Part shown: positions 40,811 to 55,440 of the stretch, piece after piece
Layout: each line of letters starts with the position of its first letter
Position numbering within the stretch: position 1 is the stretch's first letter
DNA from: Octopus vulgaris
Lineage: Eukaryota
DNA: 64,000 bases
Direction of reading: 5' to 3'
Assembly (NCBI GenBank): GCA_951406725.2
Contig: OX597832.1
Location: 13,950,001 to 14,014,000 of the forward strand
Notes under the pieces: generated by a model
What the model was told of the DNA's origin: nothing
Databases searched by the model: none
What the model saw: the letters and a program-made list of their open reading frames with translations, nothing else
Translations under genes and position numbers: made by a program

Positions 40811-41739
40811 AATGTACAATCAAAATAAAATTTAAAGGCTCTAAACTTCAGGTATGTATTTTTAATATTATAGTGACTAAAGAAGATATGGTTTATTTTC
40901 ACAAATTTTTGGTATTCCAGTGAATTTATGAGGTAATATCAGTAAGTAGACTCACTGAATATCTTCCGATTATGTGGTTGTAGATTGTGTTATAGGACTT
41001 TATAACCAGGTTTGAAGCAGAAGTGTGTTCATTGAATATTTAAAACACTGACCTGTATAAAATATTATATATTCGAATGAATGTCATGTTGTTAACCTGT
41101 CTTTCAATATTGCTAATTACTTTCTAAATTTAATGTATATATTCCTGGAAGTCAGGAGAAGGGTCGAATAAGATTCATTTGTGTTGTAACTAAAATTTCA
41201 CAACTCCTTTAGATATAAAAGGAAATGTAAGAAAATAGCAACACAATATTTATTACCAAATGCAATTATCTCACCAGGAACGCTTAACCCCTAAACTGCA
41301 AATACATTCAAGTGCACTTTATTTATTGAAAATTGCACGGAACGCTCTCCGTAAGGAGTGACAATAAAAAGTGCTAGATAATGCTCAAGGAAAATATATG
41401 TAAGTATAACCATAAATAAAAATGCATTGTGTTTCAGATCTGTAGATATACAATACAGAACATTAGTCTTCAAGTACATTAGGGGATTAAAGGAAGATTT
41501 TATCTTTGGGCACAATACTAACAGGGCAACAAATATATTATTATTCTTAAACGACCTTTCTATTTATTAGATAAGTATAGCATCTTTTTTAATTTGTCAA
41601 TGTGGATATGCCTAACACTCGATGAGGATTTCGACCACGAAGATGTACTTTTGACATAATAATTTTAGCCCCTCTTCTTCTTGAAATGTATCATTAACAG
41701 CACAGAGAGAGGGAGAGACAGGAGAAAGAGAGAGAGGAG

Positions 41740-41774
<35 letters not shown>

Positions 41775-41789
41775 AAGTGGGATGTTACA

Positions 41790-43530
41790 CCTCCATCGAC
41801 TTAAGAAATGCGTTTGATGCGGCTAACAGTCTTAAATTGTGACGCATACTTCAGATGTTCTTTTATAAAGCGGAGGTGGCGTTTGAAGTGTTCAGTATCA
41901 GATTTCAGTTCAATGAGATTAGGGGTGAGTGTCTGGATAGACTTGAAACCTTTTAATAGGGAGTTCATCTCATTCTTGTTGGGGTTTCTATTTGACAAAT
42001 TTATGATCTTCGAATTTATATGTTCTGTATATTCATTTAAATTTTGCGTTTTATCGGGTCCGGTGCGTGATTTTGGTATTTTCTCCCTTAAACTGGAACC
42101 GTGTTACAATGATTCCATTTTCTGATTTCGGCGTCCCGTTTCCCATGTAGCCAGGAGGATGGTTCATGTCTTTTATACGAATTCTGCTGGTTATAAAAAA
42201 CGTTCTTCCCATCTTCCACGCTTTTTTCGCCATTCAGGATATATGGGATTTTTGGTCGTAAATCGTGTTTTGCATGAGTGATGATGATGATTATTATTCA
42301 TATTATAGTATCTGTGTTGTCCCTATTTGATTTGTCTTTCTTCCCATGTATTCATCCATCTAGGGTACAAGTTATTACAGGCTGCTGGTTCTGTATATGT
42401 TATTTGTCTTTCATGCCTTGTGTCCTTAGTATTTGTCCATCTACGGTGTCTGAAATTGTGGGCTGATGATTGTCTTCTAGATTTCATGTGTTGGATATTT
42501 GCAGTGTTATGTATTGTAGAACATAGTTAGTTAGTTAATTTTTTGGCTCAAAAGCAAAAAGCAAGCCATGTAGCGGGACATGGAGTTAAGTACAGGGTGG
42601 TGTTCATGTAAAGAGTTCAGGCCACTTGAGGCCAAGGAGACTTTGAACAAAGTGGTCGTCGGCATCTTCACCATCTCGTCTGGCAGCTTGTTCCACGGAT
42701 CCTCAACCCGGACGGAGAAAGCTCCTCTCCTTCGATTGAGATGAAATCGTCGCAGGTAGCGCTTTTCGGAATGACCCCGCAGCCAACGCTCTGGAGCAGG
42801 AGTGAAGAACAGCTCTTTCGAGAGGTTACACTTTCCGCTTATGATGTTGTGAGCGAGAATGAGATCACCACGGCGGCGGCGATTTTCTAGAGAATAAAGG
42901 TCGAGCGTCTGCAGCCTTTCTTCATAAGACAAATTCTTGAGACCATGAACCATGCGGGTAGCCAGCTCCTGGACATAGGTTTCTAGTCTGTACATAGGGC
43001 GAGGTGGAAGTAATTTCCACGAATATTCTTAGGTAATTAGTGGTTCGATACCTAAGTCCAGTTCCTCTGGACTTCGTGTCTTTGCTTGTTTTCGTTTTCC
43101 TCGAAACTTTTTGTTGTTGTGGCTTCGTTTTCGGAAAGGAGTTTTCTCCATAGACATTTTCATAGTTTGTTAACCACTGCTGTTTTTCCCACAATTTTAT
43201 GAATTTTTCTTCTTAACGCTTTGTGTCTTTCTTCCATAGTTTTTGCAGTTTTTCATCACATTGATTGTCACTGCTCAACGATTTCAGCAAACATATCTGC
43301 GTCAATGTTTTTTTACTTCCGCTTCATGTTGTACTTTTCGTGATTGCAGAAGAGCGATTTCTGCTTCTAGTCGGCATAAAGCTAAATCCGCACGTAATAT
43401 TGTCTCTTCCAGTGATTCACTTTTTATTTCTTTAATAAGAAATTTTCTGGGCAGTATTGGCTTTTCTTTACAACACAAACTCTGGTAGGTGTTGGATATA
43501 TTGTTGCATCGAATGATTCTCCAATATGCC
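41790..43530 (-). mobile_element. Decayed Penelope-like element N-terminal region, interrupted by a CR1-type LINE
   Basis: KIINLSNRNPNKNEMNSLLKGFKSIQTLTPNLIELKSDTEHFKRHLR matches the NLS...LxKGLxF.P...D...FxRxLR motif that precedes PLE RT. Coiled-coil/K-rich ORF remnants at 42980-43490 are tentatively assigned to the same element. Confidence 0.6.
42527..42972 (-). mobile_element. 5'-truncated CR1-clade LINE 3' end with an (AACT)n tail
   Basis: VQELATRMVHGLKNLSYEERLQTLDLYSLENRRRRGDLILAHNII...LRGH...FSVRVEDPWNKLP; candidate TSD ACATAG at 42521-42526 and 42973-42978. Confidence 0.9.
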
Positions 43531-44115
43531 TGTTTCCCTTGATTAACACAAACACATACACAAACACACACACACACACACACATACACACGCACACACA
43601 CATACACACGCACACTCACATATGTATATACAGATATACATATATACGTACACAGACATATGTGTATATAATAAAATACATGTGACTTTAGAATTACGTG
43701 TATTTCTATTTTACACGTGTAATATCGTTGCTTGTGTCAACTCTTCTTTTCTTGAAGGCAACTGCTTTCATTTTTATCTGTAAATTACTTTTCAATACAT
43801 CACATTGCAGCTTTTTTTCGGACGCTACTCGTATATATCAATGTTTGGTTATTAACTAATATCCTTTATTGGGAAAGTCTGAAATGATGACATTTGTTTA
43901 CGTAGGTTCAATTTCCTATTGGCAACGTATGAAATAGTGTAAATGTGTCACACGAGAGTCCTTTTTGCGATTTTATTTCTACTCGGTAACGTATTATTGC
44001 CGAAATGAATTGGCATTTGGACGTGGGTTTAGGCCACCAGTTATTCTTATATGTTAGATTTAGCTAACTTCCTCTATTTGTGTATACGTATTTCATTTGG
44101 CAAAATTTATTCATA

Positions 44116-44264
44116 GGCGCAGGAGTGGCTGTGTGGTAAGTAGCTTGCTAACCAACCACATGGTTCCGGCCAAGTGTCTTCTGCTATAGCCCCCGGCCGA
44201 CCAATGCCTTGTGAGTGGATTTGGTAGACGGAAACTTAAAGAAGCCTGTCGTATATATATATAT

Positions 44265-44314
<50 letters not shown>

Positions 44315-44532
44315 TTATATGTTTGTGTGTCTGTGTTTGTCCCCCTAGCATTGCTTGACAACCGATGCTGGTGCGTTTACGTCCCCGTCAACTAGCGGTT
44401 CGGCAAAAGAGGCCGATAGAATAAGTACTGGGCTTACAAAGAATAAGTCTCTGGGTCGATTTGCTCGACTAAAGGCGGTGCTCCAGCATGGCCGCAGTCA
44501 AATGACTGAAACATGTAAAAGAGTAAAAGAGT
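44116..44532 (+). mobile_element. SINE family A (box B region deleted)
   Basis: ggcgcaggagtggctgtgtggtaag...tggttccggc|caagtgtcttc...tgactgaaacatgtaaaagagtaaaagagt. Confidence 0.9.
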
Positions 44533-45944
44533 ATCCATGCATATAACTGTAAGTACACAGTTGTATTATTGATGATTCGGAAAGCAAAGCAGGACACTTT
44601 AGATTATTTCATTCCCTATTAGCCTACGCAAATAAAATTGTTTATGTAGGTTTCTTTTTCTTGCAAATTGCATGATTAGCATCTCCATACCATAAAAATC
44701 TCGAAGTCGATGACACACTCATTTTCTGTTCTTTACAATGCAAGCATGGTATATCAAACCATGTCAATACTCAAACGTACCACGGTGAAGGAAATTATGT
44801 TCAGTTTTTTAATTGTTATATATTTATTTTTAGAAATATGTCGATACATATTCTATCATTTCTCTTGTAGTGTTTGGCTTTTCAAGCAGTATCAGCCTTG
44901 ATTATTATAAAACATTTTTATAGAATACATATATCCAATATTTTCCCAGAAGCAAATATCCGAATAATGCAAAAACTATTAATCTCCACTCGCCATTATA
45001 TAAACATACATATAGTCGTACATATTTTTACATTTCATATTTTAGAGAAGACTATTCTCCTAGCTTTCTGCTGTTTTAATGAATGTGATAATTTCACTAT
45101 ATTAGTCTTTAAGAATTAGGTATTTTTATGTCGGGGAAAAATATATTTGTCGTTATACAACAGTCATATTTATATGTATATCCATATGCATATTGAAATT
45201 TTAAGTTTACAATATAATAATTTTATGGCTCCATTTTAACGAAACTTAAACAATTTGAGGTATTTGAACTTCCAACCCTTCGAGTTGAATCGGCGTTTTA
45301 ATAGAAAATGTTACGTAAATAATCAGCAATAGTGAAAATAGGTGAGAATATTGGAGATATGCTAAAATATTTTTTCCTTCACAATTCTCGGCTGATTTGG
45401 GAACATCGGACAGTGCAATAAAACGTTCACTTGCAATTATAAAAAATCTTTATAGCGTCTTATGGAGCAAAAATTTGTCTTAGAAGATCAAGAACTTAAG
45501 AAAGGGTACTAATAATTCCTTTTAATAAGGAATCATAACTTACACCTAACAGATTTACATGTTTAGGAGATTCAGCACAGTTAGATCACAAGTACGGTGA
45601 ATCTAATATATACTAACTTCTACATTTATAATTTGATATAGCCTAACAAAATAAAATCTTTATTTCAGAAAAACCAAATTCTAATATGTATGGCAAAATG
45701 CCAGTAAGTAGTTGTAGGATTTCATGAATTCTGAAAGACTTATTCCGAAACTCGTAAATCCAAATTAAAATTGACAGGTAAAAAATTTCCTCCAAATACA
45801 AGGATTTATTGCATTGAAATATGCACAGGAAATTGTACACGATATTTTATGGCTTCAAACTAAGGAGGTTGACCAAATATGCATACCCCACCCATGAGTA
45901 TTAATATATTCCCTTATAAAACTGCAATCTGCTAGAAACTTTAA

Positions 45945-46120
45945 AAAGGCCGGCAAATTGCGAACCGGCATTTCGTCCGTATTTGTGTTCTGACTTCAAA
46001 TTCTACCGAGGTCGACATTACGCTTTTTGAGGTCGATGAAATAAGTAGCAGTTGAGCACTGCTGTTGATGTAATTGACTTTTTCCTTCTCGGAAATTGCT
46101 GGCCTTATACATATAACACA
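45945..46120 (+). mobile_element. Degenerate SINE family B copy
   Basis: ggcatttcgtcc...tgacttcaaattctaccgaggtcgac...gaggtcgatgaaataagtagcagttgagcactg. Confidence 0.7.
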
Positions 46121-46579
46121 CTTGAACAATTTGATTCCTGGTATCGCAGGAAAGAAATTGCTATACCTGATGTACCAATAAACATTTAAAGATTACGAAT
46201 AGGTTAGTTTCCAATTGTGAGACAATTTCACCTATGTGTGGTATCATTGCGTAAAACCGAAAATTAGCTACAATTATATTGTATAGCTATGGGTAATATG
46301 GGAACTGAACTTCAGCATGTAAATTTCAGACTGCGTTACTTCCCATCATTCGAACAACAAACATGGTTACTAAATCGGTTGTTGTCACTGAGACGCCAAA
46401 CTTTAAAGATCGAAGTCTATCACTAAACTGTCTAACGTATCAAAGGATTCATATTATCTGATTGAGGCAATTGATAATCAGCTAAATATAATAATACTAC
46501 CAGGCATTTTCCTTACACCGATGCTAAAGAGTCGGAATTGTTAACGCACCTGACGGGATCCTTTTGATATATATTATAT

Positions 46580-46810
46580 ATTTCTTTATTGCCCACAGGG
46601 AGATAAACATAGAGGGGACAAACAAGGAGAGCCAGAGGGATTAAGTCGATTACATCGACCCCAATGGGTAACTGGTACTTATTAAATCGACATATAAAGG
46701 ATGAAAGGCTAAGTTGACATCAGCGGAATTTGAACTCAGAACGTAACCGCAGACGAAATACCGCTAAGTATTTCGCTCGGCGCGCTAACATTTCTGCAAG
46801 CTCACCGCCC
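46580..46810 (-). mobile_element. SINE family B copy
   Basis: tttctttattgcccacaggg...gattaagtcgattacatcgacccc...gcggaatttgaactcagaacgtaac...ctcaccgcc. Confidence 0.88.
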
Positions 46811-48071
46811 TTGATATATATTATTGACTCTGTCTTTGAAAGTAAGCAACTGACTTATCACGGAAGAACCACAACACTTTTGTCAGTACTTGCCACTAGC
46901 ATATTTTGTTAGAAATATGAAGACACTATTGCAGATTCTAGCCTCTGGTTCGATCGGAAGATTGAAAATCATCTCCATGGTATCTATATTAACGGTGGTT
47001 AATTCCAATCTAAAACTTGCCTTGCAAATAATACAATTGATAAATTTATGTCGTAAATGCCAGTGAAGCACATTCGTGTAAACAATATTATACGATCCAA
47101 AATTGCTACATCAGGCTTGAAATTGGGAACAATATATTTTGTGATATATGTTTCTTTAAAAAAATTCAACAAAAACATTTCTTACATAATTCTTGAGATC
47201 TAGACAAAGATGCCAATCTATTATTAAATTTTCATTCACTTATCTGTCTTCAATGGAAACTCATATAATTGTATTTTGCATAATAAGATATTACTCCAAT
47301 GGTGTTATGTCTGATAAATATTGTTGAATGTAACATTTTTACTATAGATTCAATAATCTGGTATAGCTTTTTTTATTGCCCAAAGCAAAAAAACCAAAGT
47401 AAGACAATATGATTAATAGACTTATATAAGTAAGCTTTTCTTAAGTTAGATATTCACGAATGAAATAAATTTAGGTATATATATATATCAAAACATACAC
47501 AGAATCCACACGAGCAGACACACCCACAAGGAACACAAAAATACTGACATACAATATGAAGTAAATTCTCGTAAGAAGAAAAACTAAAACGCGGAGCTAG
47601 ATTGATTTATACATAGAATAATGTTGAAAATTTACACAAACACACAATGTACAAACCTACCTGCATAGAAATATAAATGCAATGATGCCTACATATATGC
47701 AGGCACACATATAGATGCACATACACATGCAAATACAGTAGAATGTATATGTAAAATAGTTTTTCGTAAAAATTCGAAAAATGTCATCGATTAGTACGAA
47801 GGCGTATTTGTTCTTCCTCTGCTGAATATCTTGAAGAATTGTATGGAATGTGTTCATAGACCAACAAATAGTCGGATATGTGTCTGTGCATGTGCGTGTC
47901 TATATATATACATACTTGAATACATCCATACATACATACATATATATACATATATATATATGTATATTTGTATAAATGTACGTCTATTTATCTATCAGTC
48001 TGCCTATTATCTTTCTCGGCCCCCCTTTCTCTACATACACACATACACTCCGTCACACACATACACACTCA

Positions 48072-48117
<46 letters not shown>

Positions 48118-51100
48118 TACATACTTATATATCTATGTATATATATAAACGTATATATAACAATTACCGTATTAGCACAGAAAATACAGTAACATTTTAT
48201 TCAACGATAGTGGTTACAGAAACATAATGCGCAAAGTGTCATCAAATCACTAGTGGTAGGAAATGAAGGGTTTGCACCATATCATACGAATCCGGAAATA
48301 TTGGGTTATATGTTTGTAAGTTACCAAGGGATTTTTCGTGAAATTCAGAATATACTTATATATATATATATATAAGTGGGATGACGACTAACTGGACATC
48401 CAGTATGCTAGAAGTCGCCATCCTATGGCCCTACCACTATGTGTGTGTGTCAGTACATTTTATCCCAATAATTCCGATGCGCACTCTACATCCTCTCTCT
48501 ATTCTATCTATCTCCCGCTTGTTCTCGTTTCTCATTTTGTTCACTACATGTACATGTATATATACATATGTGTGTAGATATGTACATAAATGTACGTATA
48601 TATGCATATATTTATATATTATTTTTTATTATTGTATGATCGAGCGCCATGCATCCATTTCCAATGAAGTTTTATATTATATACATATACATTCATATAT
48701 ATGTATATATGTGTGTGTATTTCTATCTATATATGTATGGATATATCGATGTATAAGTATGTGATATATATGTATACACTATTCACGAGAGCACGGATAG
48801 AAAGTTATGAATAAAAACCGAAGCTTACCTTATTTGTTGAAAAAGTCGATAACAAAACTGTATTATCACCGTCTCAGTCAACTTGTACTTTAAAAGTGCA
48901 TTATCAATTTATATGTTGGACAGTATAAGCATGTATACGTCTAAATTGATAAGGAATAGCTGAACACATATTTGAATATATGCACGGATATCATGATATC
49001 AACTTTTATTTAAATTATCATATTTGACCTCTGGCTATACCTATTTGATATACATTCCATATTTGGCTGTTTTGTTTTCCTGGGATAATGATATTAGCTG
49101 ATTGTGTACGATATACTATACAGTAGTTTTCATACAGGAATTATATTAATTATATTTGGTTTCTCAAAGAAATGTTATATAAAATTGTTACAAGGATAGA
49201 ATATCCGATTCATTTACTTTAGTTTTATTTTGGTACAGAAAATGTATCTGAAATATATATCTTTTGCTAACAATTATTATATTTAAACCATAGTAAATGA
49301 ACTAGATCGAATTCAACTATCTAGAATCTATTAACCAGCCGATGAGTCTGTTTCTGTTTAAGCTAGCTAGCTATTGTAAATGAAGGGCGAACATGTCTGG
49401 AATCAAACACAGCAGACAAATTTATAATATACTAGATGATGTTCCTCTGGGGTGCAGATATGGCCGAGTGGTAAGAGTTTTGCCTCCAAATAACTTGTTT
49501 CCGTGTTCAGACACATGTTACATTGGCCAAGTGTTTTCCATTATAACCAGGGGCCGACTAATATAACAAACTCCTTTGTTTATCTATTTTATTTCATTTA
49601 CATAAAAATATAGCATTTTCATTATTCATATCATTCATGTATATATATTTTAAAATAAGTTTATTATATTATATTTTACTTTCAATATTTATTTTTACAT
49701 GCTCGATTTGTTACCTTACCAAATACATGCACACAATATATATGAAATAACATGATAAACTGCCTTAGCTGCGGAGTTGAATTTTTTTAAGCAAGCAGTA
49801 ACCTTCGTTATTATAAAAACCAAACCCTGAAGAGATTCTAGCCTTTACAGTTTAAATTCTTAACATTGGATTTAACCCAAATGCTTCGAATTATGCATTA
49901 CCAAGAGAAAGTTTCAATACAATTGACAAAGATATGTAGGCCCGCATTGACCTTAAAGAAAACTCGAGTGTGAACGTCTATCCAGTGCCGCTGCAATGGT
50001 CGTTGCATGTGGACGTACTGTGTACCTTGACTTCAGGCTGTGTACCTTTGACTTGCTCTCTACCTTGACTTTAGGCCATTGTATTAAAATTAATAATCGT
50101 GTTATATTTAGTGTTGGTAACATTTAGTGATGACTCATAAGCCAATAACACGTAAAGACATACAAGGACGTTCAAAAATGTGTTTTATTCGAAGGAGAAA
50201 AAGAAATGAATGCAGTTGTGAAAAAAACCATTAAACAAATTTTCATTGTCATAGCAGGAAATTGTCATTCCTCCTCAGCAAAAGGCATCCATCCCTTGTG
50301 TTACGAATGAATCAGTTGAACCGAAAATCTTAAACATTTATCTAAAGTACCAAGCATTATTAAAATATGTGAAAAATAGAAAACAAATGTGCCATCATTT
50401 CAAACAAAGAGTAATGCAGTTAAAAATAATGCAACAAATGATTTATTTCACATTTCCTGTTTCAAATGCAACCCCTGTAAAAAAAAAACTGCTGTTGTAG
50501 TAGAGACAAAGACATACCACAGAGAGAAAAAAACATTTTTTTTTATTTGAGCAAGGGACAAATCGTAAAGTGATCTTTGGTGTAATAGATCAAGCGGTAT
50601 CTAAACAGAACTTTAGCGGTTGATTAGGAAGAATCGGTCAGATTACAGTCGCCCTTCCTACTTCATGAATAGAATGTTTAAGAACTTCGGTTTAACTGAC
50701 TCAGTTGTAAAACAAGGGATGGATGCATTTTGCAAAAGAAGACATTCTCGACAATTTGTTTAATTTATTTTAATGTGAGTATAATCTAGACCTCATGAAA
50801 CACATGTATTCGTTGAGCTAGTATAAAAAAATAAAGAATACAAAGTCGAACAGTCGAGACAAATTTTTAAAAACGTTGAGATTTTAACACTCTTGTTTAA
50901 AATTTAAAAAATACAAAGTAAAATCGATTAATAACAATGAATGTGAAAATAAAATAAGGAATGTGTTATAAATTGAATTTTCGCACCTTATTCAAAATTT
51001 CAAGTTTGGTTCTGAACTTAAAGAATTAAATGTAAAAACTTCAGATATTCACATAGTTGTTTTTTTTTAAATATCGCAATGAAAAATATATTGATAAATA

Positions 51101-51329
51101 CATATTAGGAAAGTTTATGTAAATGTAGCTTTATCGCTCCACTCTAATATCTAATGCAAAAGCACCTCCACATTAATACAAATTGCAAATATTCTGAGTT
51201 TGTACATAATATTCTGAGTATTGTATGTACGACCACGTTAACATCCCTCTAAATATGGAAATACGCTGTCATTGTTAAGGTTTCAAGATTTTCTAAAAAA
51301 AAAGCGATGGAGCATAAATATCAGAATTC

Positions 51330-51737
51330 GTTCAGCAATGTCAAGATATACACGAAATATGTCCTTATAGAGGAGCAAATATGTTTCTCGTGTGTAACAT
51401 GGGAAGAGACACAACAGAATCTTGGAGATCAGATATGGAACATCGATGTAAATATCAAAACTGGCATCAAAATTTTGTTAACTTGTCTTTAAACTAAATT
51501 GCAACGAGCGCACTTATAATTCTCTCAGAAGGTTGATTGTCGTATCACAATGGATATGATATAAGCTAAATCTTCATCTGGATCGAAAGGACACGATATA
51601 AGAATTTGTGGAAAAAAATAGATGGAGCTGTCGAGTAAAACCAACCAACAGAAAATTTGTAGCTGAGACAAACACACTATGAACATTGCAAGTGGCACAC
51701 AAATTTAAGTGTGTAGAATACACGATATCAATTAACG

Positions 51738-51769
<32 letters not shown>

Positions 51770-51839
51770 GTATATATATACATATGTTTCCCTGTCTATT
51801 TTTATCAGTCTCTCAATCTATCTATCTCTTTCTCTCTCT

Positions 51840-51901
<62 letters not shown>

Positions 51902-52318
51902 GTATATATTATTGTTACGTAGGGCAGCAAATATTAGGGCAAAGAAAACATCTCAAGTATTATACAATATTATGAAGAAATTCAAAACCTTACAGTTGTT
52001 TCTGCAACTCAAAGTACGGGATATTCTGTCATCAATGACAAATGGGGAAAATGAGAATGACATATATTTATAAGATGACGACATAGAGGAAGGGAACAAA
52101 AGAATATGGAGATGGAAAGCGTAAGTAATTAGGCGCAATCTTGCGTATATTCATGTGGGTAAAAATGTTGTTATAGTATAACGTTCAGTTTAGCAATTAT
52201 AGATCCGCTGCTTTGGAAATCTGCAATGGCACCATAAGTACCCAGTAATCCATTACAGCAGTTTACCTAACGTGCCTAATCGTTTACGTCACCTGTGATC
52301 TAAACGCCCATAATTTAT

Positions 52319-52392
<74 letters not shown>

Positions 52393-52413
52393 GAATATAT
52401 ATAAATACATATA

Positions 52414-52464
<51 letters not shown>

Positions 52465-52485
52465 GAATATATATAAATACATATA

Positions 52486-52524
<39 letters not shown>

Positions 52525-52800
52525 AGATATATATATATACCTATATATGTATATATACAAACATATATATATATATATGTATATATATATGTATGTGTTT
52601 ACATATATTTGTGTATATGTATGCACCTATATATATACGCGCACATATAAATGCAAATAGATATAGTAATTACAGAGAAAGCATTTGATTCAGTAAAATT
52701 TCCTGCTCCTCCAGGTGTGCTAAAGGAAATAATGGCAATAACTGGAACCTACGTAGAATGAAATTGTTTTATAAATCAAGAATTCACTCGAACCAAGTTC
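51330..52800 (+). mobile_element. Possible highly decayed RTE-clade LINE fragments
   Basis: EKAFDSVKF (52674-52701) resembles RT motif DYEKAFDSV. LGDQIWNIDVNIKTGIK resembles the RTE C-terminal LRDRIRNxxIRxxTGVxD. The fragments are out of canonical order. Confidence 0.35.
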
Positions 52801-53394
52801 CTATTTCACTTACCTGCGTGTGTGCGTTATACATTCATGCATGCATACGTACATATAATCAAACTCATAGAAAGTGAGAATGACAAAGTGATAGACAAGT
52901 AGATATATACATACTTGCATACATACATAGATACATACATTCAAACATATATATATATATACAAACATGCATATAACTCCCTTCAATATGTGTGCGTACA
53001 AAGAAACTATCTCCTGACAGCGTTGATGAAAATATAGGAAGCTAGCTGTTTTCCATGCATCAGAATATATGAAAAATAAATATTCTTTTGAATGTCATCC
53101 CCTCATATTACGTTTATTCACTTAGAAGTGTAGGGGGTGATTGGTTTTCATATTTTTATAAAGAATAGTGATATGACCATATCTTTTCTATCACACAGTC
53201 TGCCATTTCACTAACGTTATTGAGGTAATATTCATATTTTAATACGACGCTTTTCAGTGAATTGTTTGAAACATTTGTTGCCTATGAAAGCTTAGAACGT
53301 GGTGTCGACATTGAATTATGGCTGTGACAAGAAGGAGATAACAATCTCTTGATAAATATATATTATTCATGTAAATAACATCACCGGATGCAAA

Positions 53395-53450
53395 TAAACA
53401 AAAAAGAGAAAAAATATTTGGCGCCAAGTCTGGAGACTGTGCAATATTGC
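53395..53450 (-). mobile_element. Possible tiny mariner transposase remnant
   Basis: SPDLAPNIFSLF resembles the YSPDLAPxDFxLF motif. Confidence 0.35.
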
Positions 53451-53671
53451 CAATGTACATGAAATAGAAATCACTTTTACTGCAACTCACACAATATCTA
53501 TCAAAAAAATCAGGAGACACATTAGCACTATACATTAAAAATAATAGGAATGATAAATGTTGAGACGTCTTTGGTAGAGGTACTCTCCATCAGAATTTTG
53601 AGATGGCATATATATATATATATATATATATTTAGGGCTAACTATCAATAAGCACGTTAATATGTATGTGA

Positions 53672-53866
53672 TTTGTGTTATCACAAACCAACATATATGC
53701 AAAAATACTTTTTGTTGTCTCCTAAGAGCATTACTAAAATCCCGCTTGGTGTAACAAAAATTGGTTACAAAGATCTCCCTATATTCATTTTATTTTTGTG
53801 TTATCACCAAAAAACATATTTCCAAATATGCATTTTTGTTGTCTCCTAGGAGCATTGATACAATCC
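53672..53866. repeat. Diverged direct duplication of ~70 bp
   Basis: tttgtgttatcac...tttttgttgtctcctaagagcatt at 53672-53741 and about 53795-53866. Confidence 0.75.
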
Positions 53867-54608
53867 TTGAGTCCTTTACAGAGGTATTGCTAAATCTAGT
53901 TTAGGTTATTGATATTTAGCCCTCTTTGCTCTAATCAGTTATACCTAATGAAGTACCGTCCCTTTCAAACTTGTTTTCCTACATGTATCAGTACTGCAAT
54001 CATGTCAAAAACTCTTTAAATGCAGTGGGTTACCAGTCATAGGAAATTATATGTGGCTTTTATTTCCATTTAATTTAGAAAAAGCGCGTGGTTTATTAGC
54101 TGATCTTAATCACAAGTTATATACTGAGCATACTCTATAGAAATCTATCATGTGATAAAGAACAAACAAACTGTTATTAAATTAGATTAATTCTGTCAAA
54201 TCAAATTTCAACCAGGGCATATTTTCGCGAAATCAGGCTCTATGATATGAATTCGAATTTTTGTATTATTTATGCATTTACTTGCAACATTTGCCAAGAC
54301 ATCTGTTAGTGAGAGCAATTAACGTTAGCTATTATTATTGCATCTAAGACTATACATTAAGACTGATTAACAATATGGGGATATAATACTACTTAATGAT
54401 GTACCTGCTGTGCTGGACGTCAATATTGATTTCTTCCTTAAGCAGTGCAAAATGTCAGCTTAGTGTTGAGGAGTTTTACAGAGCAAACCAAATACCGTTA
54501 TATTTTACATTGCATTTTAGATCATATTTTCATAATCAGGATCCTTTCATAGCTAAACACTTGCTTAGACACGCAAGCTATATTATATCATTATATATTA
54601 TATATATG

Positions 54609-54770
54609 TAGGCTCAGGAATGGTTGTGTGTTAAGAAGCTGACTTCTCAATCATATGGTTCTGGGTACAATCCGACTTCGTTGAACCTTGGGCAAGTGAC
54701 TTCTACTGTAACCTCGGACCGACCGAAGGCCTATGACTGGAGTTGGTAGACGGAAAAGGAAAGAACCCCG

Positions 54771-54846
<76 letters not shown>

Positions 54847-54860
54847 ATACACACACACAT
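54609..54860 (+). mobile_element. Degenerate SINE family A 5' half
   Basis: aggctcaggaatggttgtgtgttaagaagct...ccttgggcaagtgacttctactgtaacctcggaccgacc...tggtagacggaaa. Confidence 0.8.
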
Positions 54861-55440
54861 ATAGCTGCCTTCGAGCACGATTTGATAGGTGCAATGTTAT
54901 GACTGTCGTATACTACCTGCTATATTCCAATAATTCAACCACTACTAATTCTTGCTATAGTGAACATTAGGTTTGTAATGCCTTTAACTGTCCTTTAATT
55001 TGTGATCATATTCTAACATAACATCTACCACTGTAGATTGACTATTTAAATGTTAATAATTCGGATTAGAAATTTCAGTAACTGATGAGCTGTTGGTTAA
55101 TCTGCCGATTCTTCTTTATTTGTTAGTCTGCAACATATTTCGAAATCTAACTTATTATATTATCTTTATATCATAATACAAATATCTAATTAAACAATGA
55201 CAGCAACCTTATATATCCCATTCGTCTCCTCTTACTATATATAATATATATACATAATAAAATAATATAATATATTAAATATATTATAATATAGGTGACA
55301 CGTTAGCAATTAAGACCTAAGGAGAAATTAATAAACAAGGATACAAATTTTACGAAATAACGTGTTCTGGTTATATCTGTTTAACTTTTTGCTTGCTCCC
55401 TCGCTTTTCGTGAACTCATGAAGTTAGTGCTTTGTGTGGC

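Noticed and set aside
50020-50078. Three short taccttgactt repeats
   Set aside because: Small local slippage duplication with no further structure
51307-51492. Possible tyrosine-phosphatase-like W-R-x-I-W-E-H motif
   Set aside because: Requires multiple frameshifts and other PTP motifs are absent; a decayed RTE LINE explains it equally well or better
55081-55115. ctgatgag hammerhead-like start
   Set aside because: No properly placed GAAA box or stems
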